The notes: generated from the letters alone by a model not told the origin. A DNA stretch of 63,493 nt, filler included, from Octopus bimaculoides (GCF_001194135.2; 8 parts of 6 records of this genome joined end to end with filler, not necessarily neighbours in it); one strand, 5' to 3'. Positions 38,611 to 53,470 are shown, counted from the whole stretch's first letter. Program-made: numbers and translations.

Positions 38611-39979
38611 CTATCGTCGTTTTCGTTTAACGTCCGCTTTCCATGCTAGCATGGGTTGGACGATTTGACTGAGTACTGGTGAAACCAGATGGCTACACCA
38701 GGCTCCAATCTGATTTGGCAGAGTTTCTACAGCTGGATGCCCCTCCTAACGCCAACCACTCAGAGAGTGTAGTGGGTGCTTTTACGTGCCACCGGCATGA
38801 AGGCCAGTCAGGTGGTACTGGCAACGGCCATGCTTAAAATGGTGTATTTTATGTGCCACCCGCACTTTTTGGGAATAAGTTGATGGTTGTGTGGTAGATT
38901 AAACATTACTTGTTTTAACTATATAATTGTCATGCTATTCCTGATTTACTGTCTTTGGTTCTCTGATTTAAACCCATTTGTTTTAAAATGTTCATATTTA
39001 AATTAGAACCTGACATCATAATTATGTTTTGTGCTAAGCACAAGTGTAATTATTTTATTTACCTGTTAGTTTTCATCATTCAGCTATCTCATATGCATTC
39101 CATACAATAATTTTGCTGATACTATAACCACCATCAATCCAGAATGTAAATTTTTCTTTTTAATGTCCAGCAAATTAGTTAGCTTAGCAAGGGATAAAAA
39201 AGTTTTTGATATAATTCTTTGATCTATGTGAATTGTCAATATTCTTGATCATGGCTAAAGCAGTGAGCTGGAAGAATTATTTGCATGTTGGGCAAAATGT
39301 TCAGTGGCATTTTGTCCATCTTTATGTTCTGAGATCAAATTCCGATGAGGTTGACTTTAACTTTCAACCTTTTTTTGGGGGGGGGGGGTCAATAAAATAA
39401 TCNNNNNNNNNNACTGATATAATTGACTTACCTACTCCCTGAATTTGCTGGCCTTGTGTGAAAATTTGAAACCAACATTCTTGATTATAGCAATTGACCA
39501 TTGATAATTTTTCTATTAAAAAACTGCATGGACAATTATACACAAGTATATTACTTACTCTTTTACTCGTTTCAGCCATGCATATATCTCTTTTAAAATA
39601 ATTGGTGGAACACTTTCAGAGAAGATATTTTATATTGAGAATGCAAAGCTTTACTTACCATTATTGTGTCTCCCTTGAAAAATGTATCCAAAGTAGTGGA
39701 GTAGCACTATTAAAATATTATCATTTTGATGTTTTTCTACAAGCCATATGAGGTTACAAAACTTCATGTCTCTGTTGTTATCCTGAATCATTCCATTTTC
39801 AAACTACCTTAACCCACAATTTTCTCACTGTCATTTATTTCTCATCTCCATGTATTCTCCATATGTCTGCCTCTTCTAAGTACCATACAAAGTTTAATCT
39901 TTTTTTTTTTTTGTACTTATATAAAGCTCAAATGTCTAAATAAATAACTGTGTGTAAATATTTACCATATCTTCTCCAG

Positions 39980-40074
39980 GCCAATACTGATGTATTAGTT
40001 GGAGTGAAAGCAGAATTAGGTCCACCAGAACCAATTAAACCAGACCTTGGTCGGTTAGAGTTCTTTGTTGACTG
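39980..40074 (+). CDS. EXOSC7: RRP42 exon 3: ANTDVLVGVKAELGPPEPIKPDLGRLEFFVD(C)
   Basis: Matches TDILVGVKAE...G.LEFFVDC; ctccag| and |GTAAGG; phase 0 to 2. Confidence 0.95.
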
Positions 40075-41355
40075 GTAAGGATTATCTTAACATATTTTTT
40101 TTTGTTTAATGAATTAACTTTAAGTGCAGATATGGCTGTAATGTTATGAAATTCGCTTTACAACCATGTGGTTTTAGTCTCACTCTTTATAACTAATGTG
40201 TGGCAATATACTGCCTGTTACAACTAATTTCTTGGGAAGTCAAAAAATGTTTTGCATAATTATAAGGTTGTGACTAAAGTAAGTAAATTATGTAGTCGGC
40301 TTCAACATTTATTGAAACTTACTGCTCTGTACATATTTGTTGACAGTATAAATACAAGCATTAGAATAATTGTTTTACATCTGTTTTTCTGTGAAAGCAT
40401 AGATTAGATGAGTCAGTTCTAATACAGCTTCTTGTCACTTGTAATTTATCATTGAATACAGACAATTGCAGAGAAACCCAGCAATCTTTACTTTTGTGTA
40501 TGACTTGTTTTCTTTTTTGGTAATGGCTTTTATTGCTGGATACCATTCCTATTGCTAATTACTGCACAGTATAGACTGGGTGTATTTTATCACTCCACTT
40601 GCACTAGAGAGGCTGTGTGTGACCAGACTATTGAGACGCCTCTATCTGATATACATATAAAACATAGATTGTCTGCCATAAGTTTTTATATAGTAACAAA
40701 TGCTAGCAAAAGCTAAAGTAGAAAATTTTTATGCAAATATAACTTTTTTATAAAGTAATAAAAATTTGTTATATTCATATCATTTGTTCAAAATATGCTT
40801 CTATTTCCAAACAAACTTCCAATCTTACCTTTAAGCTTTTAGACAGAGATTATCTGTCAAGTTTGCAAATTATTAACAGTAATCATTGATTGCTGTTAAT
40901 AATTCCTGAATGTTAGTGAAGTTGCATCACAAGAAAAAGTCAGAAATAGTTAAGGTAGGAGATCTTGAAGACCATTCATAACATGTTCCTCAATGTCCTT
41001 ATCTGGTAGTCAGTTAATTATTTGTTTAACCATGTTTTTGGCAAAATGAAAGCTGTGAGTCATTACAGATAAGAATAACAAACCATAAGTTATCTATTGA
41101 CATCTTGATATAACAAATCTGTATTACTGCATGTGCCATCAAAAATTGGAAGTCCAATTATTGTGGAACTGTTAACTGCAATCCAAACTTAATCCAGGAT
41201 TAACTACACTTTTCTTTGTTATTGCACCTAATCCACTCTGGAAAATTGTTGGTAATATGACTATAGAAACTATGCCAATAGGAAGAGATGAATAAATGAA
41301 CAAGTCATGAGCTCTTCAAGTGACAGCACAGGCAATCTGTCTAGAAGATCAGTAA

Positions 41356-41640
41356 TCTATATATATAAAAATGAGAATGTCTGTCTGTCTGTCTGTGTGA
41401 ATCCCTAAAACTCGAGAACTACGCAACCAATTTCATTCAAATTTTACACATGCCTTACTTAGGGTTCCAGTTGTGTTTTAGTAAAAAAAAATTATTAACT
41501 TCTTGCAGAGTTCGAGCACACAGCAACATAATATCTCCTCCACTATTTAAGTATTACGTGTCAAAAGTGAAACAAAAACACTCATGTCAAATACTTTCAC
41601 TTTAAAAATGAAACTATTCCACTAACTGAAACAATCACAT
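41356..41640 (+). mobile_element. Non-autonomous Helitron-like 5' end, cut by a gap
   Basis: A|TCTATATATATAAAAATGAGAATG followed by a (GTCT)n microsatellite, like Lep1/DINE-type helitrons. Confidence 0.5.
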
Positions 41641-41740
41641 NNNNNNNNNNNNNNNNNNNNNNNNNNNNNNNNNNNNNNNNNNNNTTAATTAATTAANNNN
41701 NNNNNNNNNNNNNNNNNNNNNNNNNNNNNNNNNNNNNNNN

Positions 41741-41778
<38 letters not shown>

Positions 41779-43229
41779 TAGATAGATATATTCATACATA
41801 AATTTGTACAAAACGATGGGTGTGGTAAGGATGACGGTTATTGCGATAGTGAGGCTGGAGGAGGTATGCAAAAAAAGAAACCGGTGTGATGATGTGTAAG
41901 AGGAGATAGGTGTGATTATCATGATGGTAATGGTAGCAGTGGTAGTGAATGCAATAATGACGATGACAACGACGACGACGACGATGCTGGTGGTGGTGGT
42001 GGCGGTGGTGGTGGCGGTGTTGGAGGTGGTAATGATTGTGTTGATGAAGATGATTTTGTTAAAATTGATGATGATGAAGATAATGATGATGATGGTATGG
42101 ATGCTGATGAGGATGATGGTCGTGATAAAAGTGGTGATACTGATGATTTTGGAAAGATAGGTATGTCAAAAATGTAGTAGATGTGGTGATGCAGGTGATG
42201 ATGATGATGGTGATGGTAGCGGAGATTGTAATCGTAATGTTGATGATGGCAATTATATGATGATGATGATGATGATGATTGTGGTGGTGGTGGTAGTGAT
42301 GATGATGATGGTGGTTGTGGTGGTGGTGGTGTTAGCCAGTTTCTGACTTGTCTTCAGTCGAAACAAAATGCCTTTTGTAGAACTCAATGTTTCAATAGAG
42401 TGAGTGCTCGCACCCCACCCGCAAGCACAAGCACACACACACGCATATATACACGCATTCGCACATACAAACACGCAACGTTTGTACTGAATGCAATATA
42501 AGAATGGTATTAACTGACATAACAGGTCGTTCGTATTGCGCATTTTAGTACAGTAACTTCTGTTATAGCAACCCTTCTTCTTGTTCTGTTTCATTATCCT
42601 GACCCTAAATCTAACCCTAATTGTTTCCCAGCAGAATCAACGTTCTTGGTGAAAGGAGATGTGTTGGTTGTTCAACAGCTACAAAAGGTTACGGAGATGA
42701 CACCATTGGCAAGAGAAACGAGTACAGAAAGATGAAGAAATTAAACGAGTTTTGAAGACAAATCATGCGGTGGAAAACCACTGTAGCAAGACTCGAAACC
42801 GAGACGTCAGATTACGAAGTTTAAATCACGGCATAGCAACACCTTGTTTATGTGTTATGGCCGAGTTATGGACCAATTAGCAGCCAGACGTCACGTGATC
42901 ATTCTAGAAGGCTCAAATATATATTTCCTTACAAAGGTTATAAATAGCCATATTTTTAGCTCCAACGTCGTAGAGTATCGAAGACAAAACCGGGCGTAAT
43001 GTCGTCTCCGTTCTTGTCAGACTTCTTTGCGCAGAGACCGGCCGATGCATTTCCATACGTCTCTCATCTTGCTTCAGTGTTTGGCAACCGACACATCATA
43101 TATGACCACTGACACTAATTCATCCATTCGTCAACGGAGAGATGAATTTATTCGCTCGGACTGACGACTCTTCAATTTACAAGTTGCTGGGCACTCTGTA
43201 ACTTTGCTCTGGTCACAACATATAAAAGA

Positions 43230-43600
43230 TGATGGTGAAAGATTCTGGCTTACGGAAACTGTGTGTAAAGTGGGTACCTCGGAAGCAGATACCCGATTTG
43301 ATGAGGAGAAGTGTAGAAGTCTGTTCTGATACGTTGGAAGTGTCTGAAGCAAAGGAAGATACGTTTTTTTGTTTTTTTTTCATGGATCTGGTGATAAAAA
43401 AATAAAACGTAGACGTATGTTTATGGCGGAAGGGAGACACAGTCCGTGGAATAGCACCATTTGTCTTTTTCCATGGCCTAAAAAATTCAAGAGTCAACGA
43501 TCAGCGTAGAAAGTCATGGTGACTGGTTTTGGCAATGACAAGGACCATCGTTCTCCTTGTTTTTCTGGAATTTGGTTGTACGGTGAACAACGAGTGGTGG
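43230..43600 (+). mobile_element. Old mariner transposase relic
   Basis: GLRKLCVKWVPRK (WVPHEL-like motif) and PKKFKSQRSA*KVMVT. Confidence 0.65.
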
Positions 43601-43858
43601 TGGCAGAGGCGGTAGTCGCCGTACAGTAGTCGTAGGTGAAGAAGAAGAAAAGGTAGATGATGAAGGAGATAACGAATGATGATAATGGTGAAGAGGAGGA
43701 GGAGGAGGATGATGATGAAGGGGATGCAGAAAAGAGATACATGGTTATGGGAACGAGGACTAGGAAGAAAGCGGGGGTGGGGGATAATAAGAAGAGGAAA
43801 GAGCAGGAAAAAAAAAGAATAAGATACTATTGCTGCAGTTAATGCTGCTACTGCTGCT

Positions 43859-43889
<31 letters not shown>

Positions 43890-44999
43890 ATGATGATGAC
43901 GATATCAATGACGAGGAAGAGGATGAGGAGCAGAAGTAGGCGTGTGAGTAAAATAAAAAAGGAAGTGAAGGGGGAAAACAGAAAGAAAAAAGAAGAAAAA
44001 GAGATGAAGAAGGAAGAGAGGAGAAGAAGAAGAAGAAGAAAACGAAAAAGAAAAAGAAGAACAAGAACAACGGCAACAACAACAAAAACTATCGTAGCGC
44101 AGCTACTACAACAACGAAAACTGGTCGTGATATGAGTTTATCGCTTGTTATCAGATAATCTCAAGGGCGGTGTTTATAATAGCGAGCGAGGCCCCCTTCA
44201 TTGGAGATAAGAAACTTGTGCGATTATCCACGTATTATTTTAAGTAAACTTAATCTTTAATCGACACAAGAGAAAATCCTTTCAGTCTTTCGTTTTTTTT
44301 TCTCGGCTATCCTAATAAAATGTGGGTCCCAAGCAGTAGGGGTCTCGAGTTATCACCACCTTCGCCACCAACAGCATCAACATCAGCAGCAGCACCACCA
44401 CCACTACCACCATCATCACCATCACCTCTATCGCATAACCATCGTCACCATCACTTCCATCAACACCGGCACCTACTTCTTCTACCCGAAACAGCAAAGG
44501 AGACTCTTCCTGCTAGAAATAGCAACCCAAATATCCCTCGAATCACATTATATCGTCTTAAAAAGATGAAGAGGGCATTGGGCAATTTCACCTTGGTACA
44601 TAGACTGACAGGATGGTCACGGCTTAGAACGCCTTTAATAATAAGGTCTACTATAACCATCACTCCCACCACGGGAGACTCACGTTGTCGCTCGATACAA
44701 TTAAGGCGTATTGTATCAGCTTACAATGGAGAAATTTATCCTGTCATCAGTCTGGAAAAATATACACTTCTTCAGTCTTATGTATGTAACTATTCAGTTT
44801 TATTTCAAGATTTCTTGCCAATAGAGAAAGAACCGGTTTCTAACCAAGATCCAAGGCTCCTTCATTGGAATTTCAACATCAACAACAGGGTGTTTTTGTA
44901 TGTATGTATGTATGTATGTATGTATGTATGTATGTATGTATGTATGTATGTATGTATTCTAATGCATATAGCTGCATATCTAGACATGCTCATATATAT

Positions 45000-45170
45000 T
45001 TAAATGATAAACTTCTGGAAAGTTTTACAGATTTTTACAGTTCCTGTGATGGATTGGATCTCTGCTATTCGAATTAGTCTTCTCCTTTCTGGTTTTGAGA
45101 AGCCTAATTTCTCAAGATTGGTATTTAGGCAGTGTGTTACATATCCCAGGGCCCTAATAATTACAGGTAG
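45000..45170 (-). mobile_element. C-terminal fragment of a third RLE-type non-LTR family
   Basis: PVIIRALGYVTHCLNTNLEKLGF..IQSITGTVKICKTFQKFII*; sits between (TATG)n tracts. Confidence 0.6.
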
Positions 45171-46084
45171 TATGTATGTATGTATGTATGTATGTATGTA
45201 TGTATGTATGTATGTATGTATGTGTGTCATTATTCAGTTTCATTTATATATATATATATAGTTGAAATTTCTAGAAAAACAAAAGACGAAGACAGGTGTA
45301 TAAACAACAAGCAGATGTATTAGTTTGACGCTCAGGAAAATGAAAAAGTCTTTTACGTTTCGAGCCTACGTTCTTCAAGTCTTATGAGTGAATCCGTTTG
45401 GCGGAGACTGAAAGAAGCCCGTCGTATATATATATATATATATGGTTAGGGTTATACTTTTGTTTTGTTACCGATTCAGTGTGGTGATCACAACGTTTAC
45501 AGACATTTGAATGCATTTCTTGTATTCTGCAGCCTGTTTCTGATATCACGCCGCCTTCCCTCCTCACCCTATCTCTGACAGCTCTGAGATAAACGAATTT
45601 CTTGACATTTTTCGCTTCTTTTCCCGTTGATCATTATCTTTCGCTAGCTTCTATTATGCTCAGTGTTAAACATTTATTTGAATTGACATTCAAAACAATT
45701 GTGGTTGATTTTAGTATGTCTCTTAGCTAAGGTTATTGTATTCAGTTGTCAGATAAATTCGTTCGTTTTTTTTTCTCTCCGTATTTGACATTCCGCCATC
45801 ATATATCTGAAAAGAATTAAAATTTATTCAAACTTCAAAAATTATAAACGAAAGTAGGAGAATAGGGCTACAAAAACACTATAAAACATTACAATAAAAA
45901 TATTTTTCGCGTTAATTCAAGTTGGTGTAGGCGTGGCTGTGTGGTAAGGAGCTTGCTTTTCAACCACATGGTTCTGAGTTCAGTTCATTGTGTATCAACT
46001 TGGGCAAGTGCTTTCTATTATAGCTTCGGGCTGAGCAAAGTCTTGAGAGTGGATTTGATTGGTGGAAACTGAAAGAGTTTGCAT

Positions 46085-46130
46085 GGCAAAATTCCTCTTG
46101 GGCAAAATTCCTCTTGGGCAAAATTCCTCA
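46085..46130 (+). repeat. 16-nt tandem repeat GGCAAAATTCCTCTTG x ~2.9
   Basis: Direct inspection. Confidence 0.9.
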
Positions 46131-46990
46131 TCTTTAAAATGTGGCCCGAATAGACCCGAATGAAATCGGGTTATAATACTAATATATACACAAGAGTTAC
46201 GGAATGGAGTAGATATGATTCGGGCTACACATGCATCATAGCGGGCAGAACCTCAGAAGTGGTAAAAATCCAAGCGAGGTGTATATTGCTGGCGACTCTT
46301 CAGGCCAAGGATATCTTGATTAAATTGAAGGTTACACTGTATATGATGTTTCCTTCCCCTTTTAAGAGGCCAGATATGATTTCGTAGAAATTTGGCTGCT
46401 GTTTCAAAGCAATATTAGTTTCAACCAAAAATTAGTGGGTGGAGAGATCACACAGAAAATCTCGTCGGGCCGACGCTTGATCTCGTCAGCATCGATCTAA
46501 CCATTCTATAGCCAGCTGGCCTTGGCTAATGTGAGTTAAATGCCTCGGTCACGAACGGTGATGCAACTGGTAGTGAAGGCTGTCCTTAATCGCCGACTCT
46601 TTCATCGTAATTTTAACAACCTAGTAGTCCCGCATTTCTCTTTTCGTAACGAAATATTCTTTGTACCAGAATGAAATGATAATTAAAAGAGACAACGGAC
46701 TGAAGCGATATCTCCATCATGCGTTTGGCAGGAGGCAAACAATGACTATCTCAGATTCGTTGCTTCATTATATACATTCTAGAAACATATCGTATGTGCA
46801 TTCGTGTGTTATTTTTTTGCTGAAATTTGTCTGATGAAAATTGATGTTAAATCTTAGAGAATGAACAAGCTGTCATCCTATTTTGACGCTTCATTGTGTA
46901 TGTATATTTTTATTTAGACAGAAGCAAGCTAGCGGGAAAAGGCGAGTTAAATTTCTTCAGCAGATAGATTGATAGATAGAAAAAAGCAAA

Positions 46991-47061
<71 letters not shown>

Positions 47062-48115
47062 AAATAAGAATTCGTAAAACAAAGAAACCAAACCGATTAT
47101 GCAATCCTGCATCGTCATTGAAGACGACACAAGATTTCAGAGCAAATACGATGAAACATGTCAAACTAAAACAAAAGCTGTTATAAAAAATTGAGAAGGA
47201 AAAAAAAGCATAAACCCCAACGAAAAACGAGGACGTAGTTATGCAATTTATATTATTCACAAAACGAGTACCGAAAAACAAGATTTTAGTTAAGTTTCGT
47301 TTTTCGGCTGAGGGCCAATATTACTTTCATTTTTGGCTGTAATGCTCTCGAGGAAGTCATGGCTATTCATTAAAATTTCTGGGAAGAATGATCAAAGTAT
47401 CGAAAAAACGCTCTGCAAGTGTTTGTTCTGATTTTAAAGCTCACAGTTCAAATACTGTTGTCAACAAAATATTGAGTACCAGTCATAAACTGGTTTCTAT
47501 TTGAGTAACCAGTCCTCCACCAATGTTTATTCTTGTGCTTATGACACATATTTTTATTATTATTTTTACTATTATTATTGTTGCTGTTGTTGTTATTATT
47601 ATTATTATTGTTAACAATAAAAGAGGGAAATTGAACCAGTGCGTTATTATTATTGGCGTGATGACCCTCCCAAGATACAAGATATTTTTTTAATATTTAT
47701 TCATATTTTAATGTATAGGCGCAGGAGTGGCTGTGTGGTAAGTAGCATGGCACCTTGGGCAAGTATCTTCTACTATACTCTCGGGCCGACCAAAGCCTTG
47801 TGAGTGGATTTGGTAGACGGAAACTGAAAGAAGCCCATACGCATATGTAAATGTTTGTGTCTGTGTTTGTCCCCCCCCCCACCAACATCGCGTGATTATT
47901 ATTATTACTATTTGTTTTGGTTTTGCTTTAATTTAATTTATACGAGTTGTCTCCAAGTCTCAACCAGAGCCGTCAAGGAACAACAAGGTTTTGCATCAGA
48001 AGACGCCAACAGGTGAGGTGCCATGCAAGTGAAAACACTGATATCTGTGGGCGAAAACCCCCTCAGAGTGAGCCAAACTGCATTTACAAGAAGAGGAATT
48101 TACGTGTTATAATTA

Positions 48116-48186
<71 letters not shown>

Positions 48187-48196
48187 GTTGTTGTTG

Positions 48197-48234
<38 letters not shown>

Positions 48235-49464
48235 GTTATGTTTTCTCATTCTTTAAACGTTTAACAATATCTTGAACGGCGTCCTTCAATTTCTTTGTAT
48301 TTTCTTTTTGCACAGAAGATGAAGTAGAGGGCGTGCTGGGTCCCAGAACATCCACATGAAACATTTAATTACATACTGATGATCTAAATATCNNNNNNNN
48401 NNNNNNNNNNNNNNNNNNNNNNNNNNNNNNNNNNNNTTAATTAATTAANNNNNNNNNNNNNNNNNNNNNNNNNNNNNNNNNNNNNNNNNNNNTGTACGAA
48501 TCTGAGGAAGTGAGAACAAATTTTTCAAACTGATTTTCTGATGAAGACTTTTAGGTGAAAATGTGTCAAATTTAATCTGTTTTATTACCGAAGAGAGCCA
48601 AATTAAAGTGGACCAAATTAATTGGCTACTTGGTACGCGTTAGGGAAAAATGACATTGTAATTATAATTTCTTATATGAATTAACTGAAGTATATGGACA
48701 TTAAATGAAATGTTTTCTGTTTTACGCACATTTTATCACACAATAGGTTAGAAAGGAAAGAAATGTGAGATATCTTTCTTAACATTTAGATCATAAAGGA
48801 AATTATTCCTTTGTGGCTTGTCCTGTATTCAAGAGCAAGGAGGAAATTTGATTTCTTTCTGAAATATCGTCTGCATGCAGTAATTGACACATATTCTGTC
48901 ACATTTCTACAGCAATTTTTTTATTATCTTCATTGTAATTATTGGTGGTATTATTTGTGTGGTGACCGTGATGGTGTAGAAGACTAGCGCTCTATATTTC
49001 ATCTCCGACAAAAAAAATAATAAATAAATAAAAATCCTATATACCTATATAACAAATTATTACAAGAATTTTTTTTGCTTCTCGAATTTTCAATAATTGG
49101 TACAATAAGTTATACCTATGTTACAGGAATTTAAATAATTATTTGCTTCAGTAATCTGGAATAAAATAATAACAGAGTAGCGGAGTATGTGGGTGAATGT
49201 GTATATATTGTAAGCAATCGTTACCTTCATTAATCGTTCGGAACATTTAAACTACGCACTCTCTCTCTATCTCTCTTCACTGTCTGAATGTATATATGTA
49301 GATATTAATATCACTCTATATATCCATTTCAGACAATTTTGCAGGTGCAGCCAAGTAAACAATTGAAGTGTTCTCCAATCGCCTATTCTTCACATTTATA
49401 TTTACCGACCATGCCCCGAAGGGAAGCATACACATGCACACAAACAAACATAGACTCTCTCTCT

Positions 49465-49519
<55 letters not shown>

Positions 49520-51805
49520 GCATACACAACTATCTGTTTATTTCTCATTGGCTGACTAACTGCAATAAGTTTGATAAGAATTTTGTGAGTGAAATGCGGA
49601 AAAAATGTAATAACCACGAAATCAATTTAGCAAAATATTGTCAGACCCATTTTATTTCTCTTTGTGGAATATTCTTCAATTACATTAGAGAAATTCCCAT
49701 GGTTAGAAATATCCACGTCTCTCTTGATACCTGATTGGCTTACGGCTCTAGACTCCATGAATATCGTTGGCAAGCCTTATGATTAACTCGACTGTTCAAC
49801 GAAATAGAGCAATTATTGATACGTGCTTTAATAATCAATGCAGAGGCATCTTCCTGTCTGTGTGATTTAAAGGAATTGTTCGACATTGATTGCGAATGAA
49901 TACGTGTATATATATGCCTGTGTGTCGTTGAATGAGTGCCTTTATTGTGAGTGTATGTGTGTGCGTGTATATTTCGAGTGAGAGTATTTATTAGTCTTTT
50001 AACCTACTAAGCTCTGTGTTTAACATAACAGAATTTGAATTATGAAATTTCAACGTCATTTTCCTTGTCCAGAATTTGTAATAGAAGGCTATTGATATTA
50101 TTGTTACTGTGATTTAACCACAAACTATCTTTAACTCCCCTTTGATCGAAGACGTTCCAGCTATGAACATGATGTGTAGTATGATGTGACTTGAGGACAT
50201 ATTGTTGCTATTTCTAACAGGTTAATTTAATAACAGTATATCTCTTGATGTATCTAGCGTATTACAAGCTAAACACTGTAGTAGTCCATACAGAGTTACT
50301 TTCACGAATTCAGGAACTGATATTTGTGGTATTAAAGCACAATGCATAAACCAAAAAATATATGAATACATACAAATAGACTTAGGATAACCCTACCACT
50401 TTGGATTAGGAACTATCTGCCAAACGTTTCTGCGTTGGACACTTTAAAATGTGTTTAACATAGGTACAATATATCAAATTTGTTCGTTCATATCTTGGGG
50501 CAAATTTTGTTTTTTTGTGGGGAGTGTTTAAGGGAAACTGAAGTGGTACGTGCGTCAGAAAAATTGAGAAATACATCTTTAAAGTCTCTACGTGTTTAGA
50601 ACGGTAGGATGTAATATGAGGCAAAATTACCTGTAATTTCGAGCAGGCCGAACGACAAAGAAGAGGCTGTTTAGTTGATTAATGAATAAAGTCCCATAAG
50701 GTCTAATACCCGTTTACTTGTTAATAGTTCGATGTAAAAAAATCAAAAAAAAATAAACAAAAAAACCTTTGATTGTTAAATAGCTGACCACAGAAAAGAT
50801 AATAGAAGTAATTATCTGAAACGTTTGAATATTTTATTTAAATTTTCAAATGTCATGTCTTACGTACAAAAATTGAAATAATGAATTCATTGCAGTCATT
50901 AAATGACACAAATTGATTCATTCTGGTAGATCATGAGTATACAATGATAGTGTAGTTGTAATACGAACTACTCTGACTGAAGTTAACATCGATATTCACT
51001 TCATGTTAAAGAATTAACAAATGTAGGATAAGTTTTGTGCTATAAACCTCCTATTCAGCCCATCTTTAATTCCCTCACCCATTTTCCACTCTTCAACCTC
51101 TCTCTTTCTCTTCCTACGAACTCATACTTCGAATTTTTACCTGCTTTACTTACAAAACTAAATGTAAGTGACGAGTGCCTTTTTTTACAAGCTATGTAGA
51201 GGCGATATTTCAACACGTTACCTGCATCCATAAAATAAAACAGCAAGACCACTCTATTTATGACGATGTTGATAGTAAAGACGACGACGATGATGATGAT
51301 GGAGATAATATCATCATTATAATCCATGTTGTTCTCCTCCTTCTCCTCCTCCACTTATTCATCATTATCATTATCTTCATCGTCTAGCTTGTTGTGATTG
51401 TCGTCGCCCTGAGGGTGGTCATAGCGGTCATCTTTGACTTAGTCATCGTCATGGGTGCGATCGTATGTTGGTGTTGGTGGTGTCGGCGGTGGTGGTCATT
51501 ATCTTCATCACTACAAAATACAACTGCTGTATCCATAACACCGCCGTTCATATAACTCCAGTGATTCATATATGTGTATGTGTGTGTGTGTGTATTTGTG
51601 TGTGTGTGTGTGCGTGTGTGTGCGTGTATGCGCGTGTGTGTGTGTTTATGTGCATGTGTGTGTGTGTGTGTGTGTGTGTGTTTAATAAAATTTAACATAT
51701 ACATGCTCATAGAAGACCCGCATTAGACTCCTCAATCGTGTCATTATCGAACCAACAGTTTAACTACGGTCCTTCTGGATACCAATACTTCTGTGTGTGT
51801 GTGTG

Positions 51806-51884
<79 letters not shown>

Positions 51885-52256
51885 GCATATACACACACAC
51901 ACATATAATATATATATATGTCCATATATATGCACATCTATATATGGGGCATGATATATTTCTTCCAAACTATTTTTGCTATATATCATCATCATCGCTA
52001 CCTTTCAACAACGTTAGCATTTTTATAGTCGAATGGATCAGACAGGATTCTATGGACGTATGTCCTTCTTTTTGTCAACTCTCAACTATTCACAAGCAAG
52101 GTAATGTTTCCTCATGGGCAAACATGTTTTCTCGGAACATCACTAACATGCATGTAATATGCAATTACAACTCTTACACGATGTTAAGACAAGAAAACAA
52201 TATCAGGCTCTCTCATACATACATACACACATACATACATACATACATACATACAT

Positions 52257-52288
<32 letters not shown>

Positions 52289-52488
52289 GTGTGTGTGTGT
52301 ATGCGTCTGTATGTACATATATTTGCATATTTATGAATACATTTATATTTTTAGTTGTTGTTCTTGTGTGATTACTTTTAAAGAAAACGAAGTCAAAGCA
52401 CAAATACAGAATAGTTGATGAGAACCGAAAAATTCTAGTTTTCTAACAGAGATCTGTTTTACCTAGATACATACATACATATTTGTGT

Positions 52489-52539
<51 letters not shown>

Positions 52540-53225
52540 CGTGTGTGCGCGAGTGTATGCGTGCATGCGTGTGCTGTGTGTGCGATTGTAGCTATATTCC
52601 TTTATTTTCGTTTGTAGTTCAGACTCAATTTTGTATTATCCTGCTGAAATTCAGGACAAATAAATACGTAAAAAAAACAAAAAAACAAGAATATATATAG
52701 TTTCATTTGTAGTCAAATTCGTTCCTTTTTTATTGTTGGTGTATATACGTACATGCTCCAACTCCAATAGAACAATCGATCTTTTTTTTAGGCTTATATT
52801 TAATCAATAAGCTTTTTGCATTCCCTTCACCTTAGGTTATTGACTAAGTTGGAAAAAAGGGCGATGAAGATAAAGGCGTATATTAACATTTTCCTAATCA
52901 TGATCATTATATCCATTATGGTAATTATCTAGGCCATTACACTGATCATCATGATTGTCGTCGTCGTCGTGTTATCTACACATCCGCCACCATTTAGAGT
53001 TCACTACTACTCGCACTCTACCACCCACCCACCAATATACAACAATCAGTCGCACCACCACCACCACCACTATGATCATAAGCATCGTCATCCTTCTCAT
53101 CATTGATTTGTGGAATTTACAAATGAGAATAATATTGTTGCCATCATCAAATTTCTCTGAGATAGTGTTATGTGCATTATTATTATGCGCGTTATTATTG
53201 TTATTATTATTATTATTATTATTAT

Positions 53226-53300
53226 TGTTCAGTATTATTTTTATAACGTGCTTTCACTTCACTACCGAGCGCAGCTCTGTGCGCCTTGGGTATGTGCTGT
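53226..53300 (-). mobile_element. 3' UTR of the same RLE LINE family as 1987-2283, with (AAT)n tail
   Basis: Reverse complement of ACAGCACATACCCAAGGCGCACAGAGCTGCGCTCGGTAGTGAAGTGAAAGCA. Confidence 0.85.
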
Positions 53301-53400
53301 NNNNNNNNNNNNNNNNNNNNNNNNNNNNNNNNNNNNNNNNNNNNTTAATTAATTAANNNNNNNNNNNNNNNNNNNNNNNNNNNNNNNNNNNNNNNNNNNN

Positions 53401-53470
53401 CCCGCGACCCTCAGATTGCCTCTAAGGTTAACATAAAAGTCTGATGCTCTACCGACTGAGCTATGCGGGC
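53401..53470 (-). tRNA. tRNA-Lys(UUU) with a 17-nt intron; 3' end lost in the gap
   Basis: GCCCGCATAGCTCAGTCGGTAGAGCATCAGACTTTTA[TGTTAACCTTAGAGGCA]ATCTGAGGGTCGCGGG... Confidence 0.8.

Noticed and set aside
41912-44135. Low-complexity ORFs (poly-M/V/I/S/E/R) and the many THTH, VCVC, YIHT and SLSL ORFs elsewhere
   Set aside because: Translations of di-, tri- and tetranucleotide microsatellites.
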